From positions 928,001 to 992,000 of the forward strand of contig OZ242374.1 in assembly GCA_965209055.1 (NCBI GenBank): DNA of 64,000 nucleotides, written 5' to 3'. The notes under the pieces were generated by a model, which had not been told where the DNA came from, searched no databases, and worked only from the letters and a program-made list of their open reading frames with translations. The stretch is from Acidobacteriota bacterium. GTDB taxonomy: Bacteria > Acidobacteriota > UBA6911 > RPQK01 > JAJDTT01. Below are positions 55,221 through 64,000 of the stretch, in pieces. The translations under genes were made by a program, and so were the position numbers. The first letter of the stretch is position 1, and the number at the start of each line of letters is the position of its first letter.

Positions 55221-56324
55221 ATGAGCAAGAAATACCGGGTCGCCGTTATTGGCCGAACCAACCGAGGTAACTATGGGCACGGCCTGGACACGGTCTGGCT
55301 GGACATGGACCGGGCGGAGCTGGTCGCCGTCGCAGATGAGGACGAAAAAGGTCTCAAGGAGGCGACTGCCCGGCTTGGCGTCAAGGCCGGCTACTCAGAC
55401 TACCGGGAGATGTTGCGGCAGGAACGTCCTCAGATCGTGAGCGTGGCGCCCCGGTGGCTGGACTGCCACCACGACATGGTGTTGGCCTGCGCCGAGTACG
55501 GAGCCAGCATCTTCCTGGAAAAACCCATGTGCCGGACTCTGGCCGAGGCGGACGCCATGGTGGAGGCCTGCGAACGTTCCCACGTCAAGCTGGCCATCGC
55601 TCACCAGACCCGCTACAGCCCCAAGATCCAGGTGATCAAGGACCTGATCGCCGAGGGACGCCTGGGCCGGGTTCTGGAATTCTGCGGCCGCGGCAAGGAG
55701 GACCGCCGAGGAGGCGGCGAGGATCTGTGGGTCCTGGGGACGCACATCTTCGACCTGATGCGCATTTTCGGGGGAAACGCCCTCTGGTGCTACGCCCGGG
55801 TGACCCAGGACGGACGCCCCGTGACCCGCGCCGACGTGGTCGACGGCGCCGAAGGCATCGGCGCATTGGCCGGAGACCGGGTGGAAGCCATGTACGGCAT
55901 GGAGAACGGCGCGGGCGCCTATTTTTCGAGCCACCGGAACGCGGCCGGGAGACCGACCCGCTTCGGGCTCACGATCCGGGGATCCAAGGGGCTGCTCGAA
56001 ACTTACACCGGTTCGGTTCCGGACGTGCATCTGCTGGAAGACTCCGCGTGGTCGCCGGGCAGGACCGGCTCCAAGTGGATGAGCGTGAGCACCGCTGGAG
56101 TCGGAAAGCCGGAACCGCTGGAAAAGGGGCGTGCCCACCAGGGGAACATCTGGACCTGTGAAGATCTGATCCGGGCGATCGAGGACGATCGAGATCCGAT
56201 CAGCAGCGTCTATGAGGCTCGCGGAGCCACCGAGATGATCGTGGCCGCCTTCGAGTCCCATCGCCAGGGAGGCCCCGTCAAACTGCCCTTGGAGAACCGG
56301 GAGAATCCCCTGCTTTCCCTATGA
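55221..56324 (+). CDS. Gfo/Idh/MocA family oxidoreductase
   Basis: VAVIG, FLEKP, GTHIFD. Confidence 0.92.
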   Translation: MSKKYRVAVIGRTNRGNYGHGLDTVWLDMDRAELVAVADEDEKGLKEATARLGVKAGYSDYREMLRQERPQIVSVAPRWLDCHHDMVLACAEYGASIFLEKPMCRTLAEADAMVEACERSHVKLAIAHQTRYSPKIQVIKDLIAEGRLGRVLEFCGRGKEDRRGGGEDLWVLGTHIFDLMRIFGGNALWCYARVTQDGRPVTRADVVDGAEGIGALAGDRVEAMYGMENGAGAYFSSHRNAAGRPTRFGLTIRGSKGLLETYTGSVPDVHLLEDSAWSPGRTGSKWMSVSTAGVGKPEPLEKGRAHQGNIWTCEDLIRAIEDDRDPISSVYEARGATEMIVAAFESHRQGGPVKLPLENRENPLLSL

Positions 56325-57073
56325 GCCCCGGCGCGTCGGAGAGGCGGCTCATTTTCGCCCTGGATGTGGCCGGCCGGACCGAGGCGGAGACCCTGGTCGC
56401 CGAGCTGCGGCCTTCCGTGGGCTTCTTCAAGGTGGGCCTCGAACTCTTCGTTTCCGAAGGGCCCGACCTGGTGCGGTGGCTGGTCCGGGAAGAACTGGAC
56501 GTTTTCCTGGACCTCAAGCTGTACGACATCCCGGCGACCATGCGCCGCTCCGTCGCCGCGGCCTCGCGGTTGGGCGCCCGCTTCATCACCATTCACGACG
56601 CGGGAGCCGGAGCGGCGGCCGCCCGGGAGGGAACAGGCGATTCCCGCTTGAAGGTACTCTGCGTCACCCTGCTCACGAGTGTGGATGCCCGGGATTTGCG
56701 AGACAGCGCCGGGACGGGTTCGGGGGGACGGTTCCGGGATTTGGACGAATACGTCGGCTGGAGGGCCCGGACCGCGGTCTCCAACGGCTGCGACGGATTG
56801 ATCTGCTCCGGACAGAATGCACGTCGGCTACGCCGTGAACTGGGCCCGGAACCGATCCTGGTCTGCCCCGGCATCCGGCTCGGCGGAGACCGGCTCGACG
56901 ACCAGAAACGGGTGGTCACCCCCTATCGCGCGGTCCGGGACGGCGCCGACTACCTGGTGGTGGGACGGCCCATCCGCGACGCCGCCGACCCCTCGGCGCA
57001 AGCCCGGAAGATCCTGTCCGAGATGGACCGCGGCCTCCGGGACCGGGAATCCACCGAAGGGTCGGGCGTCTAG
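56321..57073 (+). CDS. pyrF: Orotidine-5'-phosphate decarboxylase
   Basis: IFALD, FKVGLEL, FLDLKLYDIPAT, PGIR, DDQKR, VVGRPI. Confidence 0.95.
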   Translation: MSPGASERRLIFALDVAGRTEAETLVAELRPSVGFFKVGLELFVSEGPDLVRWLVREELDVFLDLKLYDIPATMRRSVAAASRLGARFITIHDAGAGAAAAREGTGDSRLKVLCVTLLTSVDARDLRDSAGTGSGGRFRDLDEYVGWRARTAVSNGCDGLICSGQNARRLRRELGPEPILVCPGIRLGGDRLDDQKRVVTPYRAVRDGADYLVVGRPIRDAADPSAQARKILSEMDRGLRDRESTEGSGV

Positions 57074-57098
57074 GATTCTGCGCCGTAGAAATGATCGT
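57070..57098 (+). mobile_element. Solo left end of the MITE-like element seen at 5-170
   Basis: CTAGGATTCTGCGCCGTAGAAATGATCGT, 28/29 identical to 5-33; CTAG contains the pyrF stop. Confidence 0.7.
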
Positions 57099-57111
57099 TG
57101 TCGAGGCGTTC

Positions 57112-57131
57112 GGAGGCGCCACACCGCCTCC
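57112..57131 (+). terminator. Possible hairpin after pyrF
   Basis: GGAGGCG-CCACAC-CGCCTCC; no U tract. Confidence 0.3.
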
Positions 57132-57440
57132 CTGACGCTGTCCCACGCAGTCAATTGAACTGTCGTGAAACGTGTCAAGTTATTGATATGGATCACTCTA
57201 TCCATACAAGGCGGGTGCCGGACGGATGGGAACCCGGCTGATAGCGACTCTCGTCGAGGGCATTCAGAGGCGAGCAAATCCGGATCCGCGCGACCAAAGC
57301 TCTATCGTACATTGGACCCTTCGCGCCGGCCATTGGCTTAACGGGGTTACATCGGTCAATTGGCTGGAGGGACCTGGACAGGTCAGCAGTAGTAGCGCCG
57401 CCCACCTCGCCAGCTCAGGGTCCGGCGGTATAATCACCGG

Positions 57441-58037
57441 ATGATCGCTCGCCTGACCGGCCGCCTCGCGGAGAAGTCGGCCGGCCGCGTCATCGTGGAC
57501 GTTCGCGGGGTCGGATACGAAGTTCACATCCCCTTCTCGACCTACTACGAGCTGGGTTCCGAGTCGGACCCTGTCACCCTCCAAATCTACACTCACGCGA
57601 AAGGGGATCAGCTCAGTCTCTATGGATTCTCCACTGTCAGAGAGAAGGAGCTTTTCACACGCCTCATCCAGGTATCGGGCATCGGTCCTCGACTGGGAAT
57701 CGCCATCCTGTCGGGAATGCCGGTCGACGAGTTTCTGGAGGCCGTCGCGGCCCAGGACCTGGCCCGGCTCTACGCCGTCCCCGGCGTGGGCAAGAAGACG
57801 GCGGGACGGATCGTCCTGGAGATGCGCGACCGGTTGCAGGGGTTGGCGCCGCCAGTGGAGACGGCCGGCATTTCGGGGGTTCCGGCACAGTTGCGGCAGG
57901 ACGTCGTCTCCGCCCTGGTCAACTTGGGCTATCCCAAGAAGATCGCGGAGAGGGCCGTCACCCGGGTGCTCAAACAGGAGAGTCCGGATCGCTTCGAGGA
58001 TCTGCTCAAGAGCACTTTGCGCAAGATCTCCAGGTAA
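57441..58037 (+). CDS. ruvA: Holliday junction branch migration protein RuvA
   Basis: MIARLTG, GVGYEV, LYGF, VSGIGP, VPGVGKKTAGRI, ALVNLGY. Confidence 0.97.
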   Translation: MIARLTGRLAEKSAGRVIVDVRGVGYEVHIPFSTYYELGSESDPVTLQIYTHAKGDQLSLYGFSTVREKELFTRLIQVSGIGPRLGIAILSGMPVDEFLEAVAAQDLARLYAVPGVGKKTAGRIVLEMRDRLQGLAPPVETAGISGVPAQLRQDVVSALVNLGYPKKIAERAVTRVLKQESPDRFEDLLKSTLRKISR

Positions 58038-58074
58038 CCGGCGGACGGGGCCGGACTTGAAGTAGAGCGTCCAA

Positions 58075-59130
58075 ATGCCGGTGGAAACCGAATCCCAGAG
58101 GAACGGACAGGTGCAGGACCGGATCATGAATCCCCGGCATCAGGAGGAAGAGGTCCTCTACGAGACCGACCTTCGTCCTCGCCGGCTGCGCGACTTTGTC
58201 GGTCAGAACCAGGTGAAGGAGGGGCTCTCCGTCGGCATCGAAGCCGCCCGCCGCCGCGGGGAGGCCCTGGACCACATTCTGATCTTCGGACCTCCCGGGC
58301 TGGGAAAGACGACTCTGGCCCACGTCATCACCCATGAACTCGAAGTCAACTTTCGCTCCACCTCCGGGCCCGCCATCGAGAAGCGAGGAGACCTGGCCGC
58401 CATTCTCACCAACCTGGAGGACAAGGACGTTCTCTTCATCGACGAGATCCACCGGCTCCACCCCGCCATCGAGGAGATCCTCTACCCGGCCATGGAGGAC
58501 TTCCAGATCGACATCATCATCGGCGAAGGCCCGGGCGCCCGCTCCATCAAGATCGACATACCCCGGTTCACGCTGGTGGGTGCCACGACCCGCACCGGAC
58601 TGATCACCTCCCCGCTCCGGGGAAGGTTCGGAATCATACAGCGTCTCGATTTCTACGACGTCGAGAGCCTGGTCTCCATCATCCGCCGGTCCGCGGGAAT
58701 TCTGGGCGTGGAGATCGACCAGAAGGGAGCGGCCGAGGTGGCGCGAAGGAGCCGGGGCACGCCACGGATCGCCAACCGCCTGCTCAAGCGGGTCCGCGAC
58801 TACGCCCAGGTGCGGGCCAACGGAAAGATCTCCCGGGACATCGCCTGCCGGGGTCTGGAACTCATGAACGTGGACCGGTTCGGATTCGACGAGATCGATC
58901 GCAAGCTCATGGACACCATCATCGAACGATTCGACGGCGGCCCCGTCGGCCTGAGCACTCTCTCCGCCGCCATCAGCGAGGAGAAGGGCGCCATCGAGGA
59001 CATCTACGAGCCTTACCTGATTCAGATCGGCTTCATTGCCCGCACTCCCCGGGGCCGCGTGGCCACTCCCCTGGCCTATTCCCACCTGGGCCTCGAAGCG
59101 GCGGCTTCCCAGAAAAGCCTGTTCCGCTGA
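58075..59130 (+). CDS. ruvB: Holliday junction DNA helicase RuvB
   Basis: [38 protein letters not shown]. Confidence 0.97.
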   Translation: MPVETESQRNGQVQDRIMNPRHQEEEVLYETDLRPRRLRDFVGQNQVKEGLSVGIEAARRRGEALDHILIFGPPGLGKTTLAHVITHELEVNFRSTSGPAIEKRGDLAAILTNLEDKDVLFIDEIHRLHPAIEEILYPAMEDFQIDIIIGEGPGARSIKIDIPRFTLVGATTRTGLITSPLRGRFGIIQRLDFYDVESLVSIIRRSAGILGVEIDQKGAAEVARRSRGTPRIANRLLKRVRDYAQVRANGKISRDIACRGLELMNVDRFGFDEIDRKLMDTIIERFDGGPVGLSTLSAAISEEKGAIEDIYEPYLIQIGFIARTPRGRVATPLAYSHLGLEAAASQKSLFR

Positions 59131-59178
59131 CACCGCCGGGACTCAGCGACATTCGCGGCGGGCTGATATCATACGCCC

Positions 59179-60138
59179 GTGTCGAACGGTGCCGGAATCG
59201 CCAGTCTGACGGAGAGATTCAAGGCCCTCCAGTTCTCGGTGGAACGGGTCATCAAGGGCAAGTCCGACGTGGTGGAGTTGGCCGTGGTGACCCTGCTGGC
59301 ACGGGGGCACATGCTGGTGGAGGACGTCCCCGGCGTCGGCAAGACCACCTTGGCCCATGCTCTGGCGCGCTCCGTCGACTGCCGCTTCCAGCGCATCCAG
59401 TTCACCAGCGACCTGCTTCCCTCCGACCTGACCGGGATCTCGGTCTTCAACCAGGTGCACAGGGACTTCGAGTTCCGGCCGGGCCCCCTGTTTGCCAACG
59501 TGGTGCTGGCCGATGAAGTCAACCGCACCACCCCCAGGACCCAGAGCGCCCTGCTCGAGGCCATGAGCGAGGCGAAGATCACGGTGGACAACCACACCCA
59601 CCTGCTGCCTCAGCCCTTCATGGTGATCGCCACCCAGAACCCCATCGAACACCACGGAACGTACCCGCTGCCCGAGTCCCAGTTGGACCGGTTTCTCATG
59701 CGCATCTCCATGGGCTATCCCAGCGAGTCTCACGAAAAGGAGATTCTGCGCTCTTTGGGAGGGTATGACTCCCTTGATCTCGATCCGGTCATCAGCACCG
59801 AGGATCTCCTGAGGGGCCAGGAAGAGGTTCAGGAAGTGAGGTTCGAGGAGACGCTCCTGCAGTACCTCATGGAACTGGTGAGGGCGACCCGGGAATGCGA
59901 GCTCCTGGCCCTGGGAGTGAGCACGAGGGGGGCCATGTTCCTGTATCGGGCGTCCCAGGCGCTGGCCTATTTCCAGGGTAGATCCTTCTGCATTCCGGAC
60001 GACGTCAAACGCTTGGCGGTGCCCGTATTTTCCCACCGCGTCCTGGTCAGTCCCAGACATGCCTCGCCTCTGGAAAAGACCCGGGAAGCCGAATCGATCA
60101 TTGCGGATCTCGTGGACCAGGTCGAGGTCCCGGTCTGA
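59179..60138 (+). CDS. MoxR family AAA ATPase
   Basis: EDVPGVGKT, RIQFTSDLLPSD, LADEVNR, ATQNP, LPESQLDRF. Confidence 0.95.
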   Translation: MSNGAGIASLTERFKALQFSVERVIKGKSDVVELAVVTLLARGHMLVEDVPGVGKTTLAHALARSVDCRFQRIQFTSDLLPSDLTGISVFNQVHRDFEFRPGPLFANVVLADEVNRTTPRTQSALLEAMSEAKITVDNHTHLLPQPFMVIATQNPIEHHGTYPLPESQLDRFLMRISMGYPSESHEKEILRSLGGYDSLDLDPVISTEDLLRGQEEVQEVRFEETLLQYLMELVRATRECELLALGVSTRGAMFLYRASQALAYFQGRSFCIPDDVKRLAVPVFSHRVLVSPRHASPLEKTREAESIIADLVDQVEVPV

Positions 60139-61412
60139 TGATTCGGCGGCTTACGCTGAAATGGGTCCGGGGAGAAATCGTCTGGCCGCTGATTCTACTG
60201 GTGTCCGCGGCGATGCTGGCCGGCCTGAGCGCCACGGCGCGCTGGTCCGGTCAGGGCCATGCCGCGGCATTTCTCGCCCTGGTGTCGCTGATCTTCGCGT
60301 CCCTGGCCGCCGTGACGCTGGCGCCGTACGTGTTGTCCCGTTACCGCAAAGACCTGCGGGAGAGGATTCCCACGCTTTCCATCACTCATCGCGGGGCCTT
60401 CTTCCTGCTGTTGGTGACCGTGTTGGGATTCTCGTCCATGAACTCGGGCAACAACCTGCTGGTTCTGCTGCTCTCTCTCCTGCTGGCCGCGCTGCTGGTT
60501 TCGGGACTGCTTTCCGCGTTGGTCCTGTACGGCTTGAAGGTGAGCATCAGCGTGCCGGAGACAATCCGGGCCCACGACACCGCCACCTGCTTCGTCACTC
60601 TGCATAACCTGAAGCGCTGGATCCCGTCCTTCGCGCTGAAGCTGAGAGGCCGTCAAAAACGGGACAAGGATCCCGAACCGGCGACGGATTTCTTCACCCG
60701 GGAGAAGGCCTTTCCCTACATCGGCGTCGGTTCCGACCTGAAGTTGACCCTGAAGTGCCTGTTCCGCCGGCGCGGCTCCTATCCGGTCGATGGCTTCGAG
60801 ATCGGCACCAAGTTCCCCTTCGGCCTCTTTCATCGCAAGAGAACGCTGCGAACCCAGGGCTCCATCCTGGTCTACCCCGCGCTGATGAACCTGCGGACCC
60901 TGTTCTTCATCTATCCCGAGTTGGCTGGGGCGGAGGCCCTGAACCTGAGAGGCCACGGCGACAGCCTCTACGGGATCCGAAGGTACCAGAGCGGCGACAG
61001 CGCCCGGCTGGTGGACTGGAAGTCGACCGCCAGGTTGGATCAGCTCATGGTCCGGGACTTCGTCGCCGAGAATCAGAACCTGATCGATCTGACGTTTCAT
61101 CCCGAACTGAACGATCTCTCTCCCCGCAGCCTGGAACAGTTCGAAAAAGGGGTCTCTTGCGTGGCGGCCCTGGGAGACCATTACTGGCGAATGAGCCAGA
61201 AGTTCCGATTCACTTGCGGAGAGACTCTGGTTCTCGTCGACGGGCGCAGGAACGGCTATGAACGGTTCATGGAGTGCCTGGCGCTGGTCCAGCCGGTGAG
61301 CCGCCGCCCGGAGACCCTCCAGAATAGGCCGGCGCGAAACGGCATCGAGGTTGCCGCGGGACATCGGTGGGTTCCGCCGGGTTCCGTGGCCATAGACTAC
61401 TTGCGGATTTGA
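60138..61412 (+). CDS. DUF58 domain membrane protein
   Basis: NSGNNLL, FPFGLF, VYP, RRYQSGD, VDWKSTAR. Confidence 0.9.
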   Translation: MIRRLTLKWVRGEIVWPLILLVSAAMLAGLSATARWSGQGHAAAFLALVSLIFASLAAVTLAPYVLSRYRKDLRERIPTLSITHRGAFFLLLVTVLGFSSMNSGNNLLVLLLSLLLAALLVSGLLSALVLYGLKVSISVPETIRAHDTATCFVTLHNLKRWIPSFALKLRGRQKRDKDPEPATDFFTREKAFPYIGVGSDLKLTLKCLFRRRGSYPVDGFEIGTKFPFGLFHRKRTLRTQGSILVYPALMNLRTLFFIYPELAGAEALNLRGHGDSLYGIRRYQSGDSARLVDWKSTARLDQLMVRDFVAENQNLIDLTFHPELNDLSPRSLEQFEKGVSCVAALGDHYWRMSQKFRFTCGETLVLVDGRRNGYERFMECLALVQPVSRRPETLQNRPARNGIEVAAGHRWVPPGSVAIDYLRI

Positions 61413-61416
61413 CGCC

Positions 61417-63477
61417 ATGCGGTTCAAGACGATCCTGCATCTGACCAGCTACGGATTGCAGGTGACGGGCGTGTCGACACTCTATTCGTCCGGTGAAATC
61501 GGCGGCGCGACGCTGCTCGGCTACCTGGCCTGCCTGGGCGCCACGCGATTCCTGCCCCGCATCCGGCTGGACGGCGCCGTTCAAGGCATCGTCTTCGGCA
61601 TCCTGCTGGCGCTGTTCGTCGTGGACGCCGCAGTCTTTTCCCCGTTCGTTCCGGCGACGGCGCATCTGCTCATGCTGGTCAGCCTGGTGAGGCTCTGCAG
61701 CGCCCGTACGCAGCGGGATTACCTGCTGCTGCTCTTCATCTCCTTCGCCTTCGTCCTGATTGCATCCACGGCCACCATCTCCGTCGTGTTTCCGGTCTGG
61801 GTCCTGGTGTTCCTGTTCCTGGCCGTGCTGGTGCTCATGTTGCTGGAGAGCAAGGATCCCTATGAGAAGAATCACGGACTCAGACTCGCGCTTCGCGGGC
61901 ACCTATGGACCGCCCTTCTCATTACGCTGCTGCTGGCGGCGGTTTCCGTCCCCATCTTCGTGGTCATACCCCGGGGGACCCTGGGAGCGTTGCCGGCGAA
62001 GCGCGTTTCAGGCCATCTGAGCGGATTCTCCGAGAAGGTGAGCCTGGGAGAAATGGGAGAGATCCTCATCAACGAGGAGGTGGTGCTGCGTATCAAGGTG
62101 GACAAGCCACCGCAGCGGATGCCTTCGGAGCTGAAATGGAGGGGCATCGCCTTCGACCACTACGACGGAAAGACGTGGTCCAGCACCCGGGGCCTCAGGC
62201 AGGTCGCCCGGGACGATCGCTACCGGGGGTTTCTGGTGGCCGGCCGGCGCCGGCAGGAGGAGTTCCTGATCCGCCAGACCATCCACCAGGAGCCGCTGAC
62301 CCGGGTGCTGTTCGGGCTTCCCGACATCATTCTCATTTCGGGGCGTCTCCACAGACCGTACGTTTTCCAGGACGGGAACCGTTCCTTCAGAACGACCGGC
62401 GTCGGTGTCCGGACCTACACCGTCTTCTCCGACGTGATGACCCGGGACGAAAAACTCTCCCAAGCTCCGGTCCCGGTCTACCTCCAGGCTCCGGGCCGGC
62501 ACTATCTCCAGCTTCCCGAGTTGGACCCGGAGGTCGGACGCCTGGCCCGGCGCATCACCTCGGGAATCACCGATCCCATCCACAAAGCCTTCATGGTGGA
62601 ACAGTTCCTGAAGGACAACTACCAGTACTCGCTCGCGAACACCTCGGCCTCCAACCGCGACCCGCTCTACGATTTCCTGTTCGATTCGCGGGCCGGACAC
62701 TGCGAGTATTTCGCCACGGCCCAAGCCGTCCTGCTGCGAACGTTGGGCATTCCGACCCGCGTGGTCAATGGATTCAAGCGGGGAGACTACAACCGGTGGA
62801 ACGGTTACTTCATGGTTCGCCATTCCGATGCCCACAGTTGGGTCGAGGCCTATTTCCCCGGACGGGAGTGGATCGAGTTCGACGCCACCCCGGCAGTCGC
62901 CGCCGGCGCCTCCCTGCCGGGTTTTGCCGCTTTGCGAGAGTTGCTGGACGCCATCGATCTGGCGTGGCTGGACGTGGTCACCTTCGACCACCTGAAACAG
63001 TACGGCCTGTTCCAGACGCTGGGCGATTCCTGGAAGGAGGGCTGGGACAATTCGCGGCGGCGAACGCTGGCCGCCTGGTCCGACTGGGCCGCGGGAGTCA
63101 CCTGGCAACGGGCGGGGCTCGTGGCGGCGGCCGTTCTGGTTTCGGCACTGCTCCTGGTTCGGACCGGTCCGCGGTTCTGGCGGCGGGCCCGGACCAGGTG
63201 GGCCGGCAGGAGATGGGCCCGAGGTTCCGCCACGTCCATACCCGACTACTATCTGGAACTGACCCGGATTCTGGAAACGCGGGGACTCGTCCGGATGAGG
63301 TCCGAAACGCCGGGAGAATTCGCAGGGAGAATCGGTGGCGCACTGAAGAGCACCGTGCCCCGGAGACTGACGGAAATCTACTATAGGAACCGCTTCGGCG
63401 GGCTGGATCCCAGTCCTTCCGAACTGGCGGAGATTCGGGTTTCCCTCGATTCGCTGCGGCGTCCAGGCGGAATCTGA
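61417..63477 (+). CDS. DUF3488/transglutaminase-like membrane protein (TgpA-like, DUF4129 tail)
   Basis: GHCEYFA, AHSWVE, FDATP triad; N-terminal transmembrane helices; ETPGE. Confidence 0.92.
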   Translation: MRFKTILHLTSYGLQVTGVSTLYSSGEIGGATLLGYLACLGATRFLPRIRLDGAVQGIVFGILLALFVVDAAVFSPFVPATAHLLMLVSLVRLCSARTQRDYLLLLFISFAFVLIASTATISVVFPVWVLVFLFLAVLVLMLLESKDPYEKNHGLRLALRGHLWTALLITLLLAAVSVPIFVVIPRGTLGALPAKRVSGHLSGFSEKVSLGEMGEILINEEVVLRIKVDKPPQRMPSELKWRGIAFDHYDGKTWSSTRGLRQVARDDRYRGFLVAGRRRQEEFLIRQTIHQEPLTRVLFGLPDIILISGRLHRPYVFQDGNRSFRTTGVGVRTYTVFSDVMTRDEKLSQAPVPVYLQAPGRHYLQLPELDPEVGRLARRITSGITDPIHKAFMVEQFLKDNYQYSLANTSASNRDPLYDFLFDSRAGHCEYFATAQAVLLRTLGIPTRVVNGFKRGDYNRWNGYFMVRHSDAHSWVEAYFPGREWIEFDATPAVAAGASLPGFAALRELLDAIDLAWLDVVTFDHLKQYGLFQTLGDSWKEGWDNSRRRTLAAWSDWAAGVTWQRAGLVAAAVLVSALLLVRTGPRFWRRARTRWAGRRWARGSATSIPDYYLELTRILETRGLVRMRSETPGEFAGRIGGALKSTVPRRLTEIYYRNRFGGLDPSPSELAEIRVSLDSLRRPGGI

Positions 63478-63525
63478 GATTTTGTGCTCGCGTCGCAGGC
63501 CGGAATCGAATAGAACGTCCAAGAC

Positions 63526-63699
63526 ATGAGTCGAAAAACCTCCAAGTGCCCCATCTGCAGACGAAGGGTGAAGAGGGATGACCCCCAATTTCCCTTCTGC
63601 AACGAGCATTGCAGGTTCGTGGACCTGGGCCGTTGGTTCGGCCAGAAATATCGGATCCACCGACAGGCCGGGAAGGACACGGAAGAAAAGAATGCGTGA
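63526..63699 (+). CDS. yacG: DNA gyrase inhibitor YacG (57 aa, not in the ORF track)
   Basis: Hand translation MSRKTSKCPICRRRVKRDDPQFPFCNEHCRFVDLGRWFGQKYRI...: CPIC, PFCxxxC, DLGRW. Confidence 0.9.
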   Translation: MSRKTSKCPICRRRVKRDDPQFPFCNEHCRFVDLGRWFGQKYRIHRQAGKDTEEKNA

Positions 63700-64000
63700 G
63701 AACGGACGGCTTGCCCACACCCTGGCCACCGCGTTCGGCCTCGGGCACGTCCCGTACATACCGGGAACGTTCGCCTCGCTGGTCACAGCCCTGGCCGTCG
63801 CCCTGCTGCACCGGACTTCCGACTCGGCCACGCTGCAACTCGGCGCAGCGCTGCTGCTGCTACCGGTCAGCATCTGGGCGTCGGCGCGCGTCGCCCGCCG
63901 GGAGGCCAGGTCCGACCCCTCCCACGTCGTCATCGACGAGGTGGTGGGACAGGTCTTCTGCCTTCTCTGGGTCCCGTTTTCCTGGACGTTCCTGGCCTTG
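63692..64000 (+). CDS. pgpA: Phosphatidylglycerophosphatase A, runs off the window end
   Basis: Hand translation MRENGRLAHTLATAFGLGHVPYIPGTFAS...DPSHVVIDEVVGQ. Confidence 0.9.
   Translation, partial: MRENGRLAHTLATAFGLGHVPYIPGTFASLVTALAVALLHRTSDSATLQLGAALLLLPVSIWASARVARREARSDPSHVVIDEVVGQVFCLLWVPFSWTFLAL

Noticed and set aside
57157-57171. LexA-like GAAC-N7-GAAC box for ruvA
   Set aside because: One mismatch (GAAC-N7-AAAC) and about 260 nt from the ruvA -10 element; too weak
3208-63933. Many long antisense ORFs (e.g. 3208-4848, 7943-9793, 14935-16941, 17915-19930, 24683-26701, 39258-41108, 62008-63933)
   Set aside because: Shadow frames of high-GC3 genes with no recognisable motifs
1-64000. 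tRNA, rRNA, tmRNA, integron attC array
   Set aside because: No cloverleaf or rRNA-like tract and no attC array or integrase seen in the intergenic gaps; visual inspection only

Overview
High-GC bacterial chromosomal segment. The gene content (DUF1553/DUF1501 pair, FG-GAP and PQQ propellers, PhyH pair, DnaC-like loader beside DUF1015) suggests Acidobacteriota or a similar lineage; this is inference. About 50 densely packed CDSs, mostly housekeeping, catabolic and secreted proteins: a sulfite/nitrite reductase cluster, 2-oxoacid dehydrogenase E1a/E1b/E2, etfBA, mutY, cysE, dcp, pyrF, ruvAB, MoxR-DUF58-transglutaminase, yacG (missed by the ORF track) and a truncated pgpA. I saw no rRNA, tRNA, CRISPR array, integrase or transposase. 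The non-coding signals are: (i) a 166-bp CTAG-bounded, almost fully palindromic MITE-like element at 5-170, with a lone second end on the pyrF stop codon; (ii) several GGAG/GTAG-type REP-like hairpin families, two copies bracketing an esterase; (iii) a recurring promoter motif CGGACTGnTAnnnT (five exact copies, two identical over 31 of 35 bp) and several apparently leaderless genes. The best candidate uncharacterised systems are a sulfite-reductase / partner protein / Tat-exported cystine-lyase-like module and a tandem PhyH pair with non-canonical iron ligands (HxG and His-less). No clearly new mobile or defence system is demonstrable from the sequence alone.
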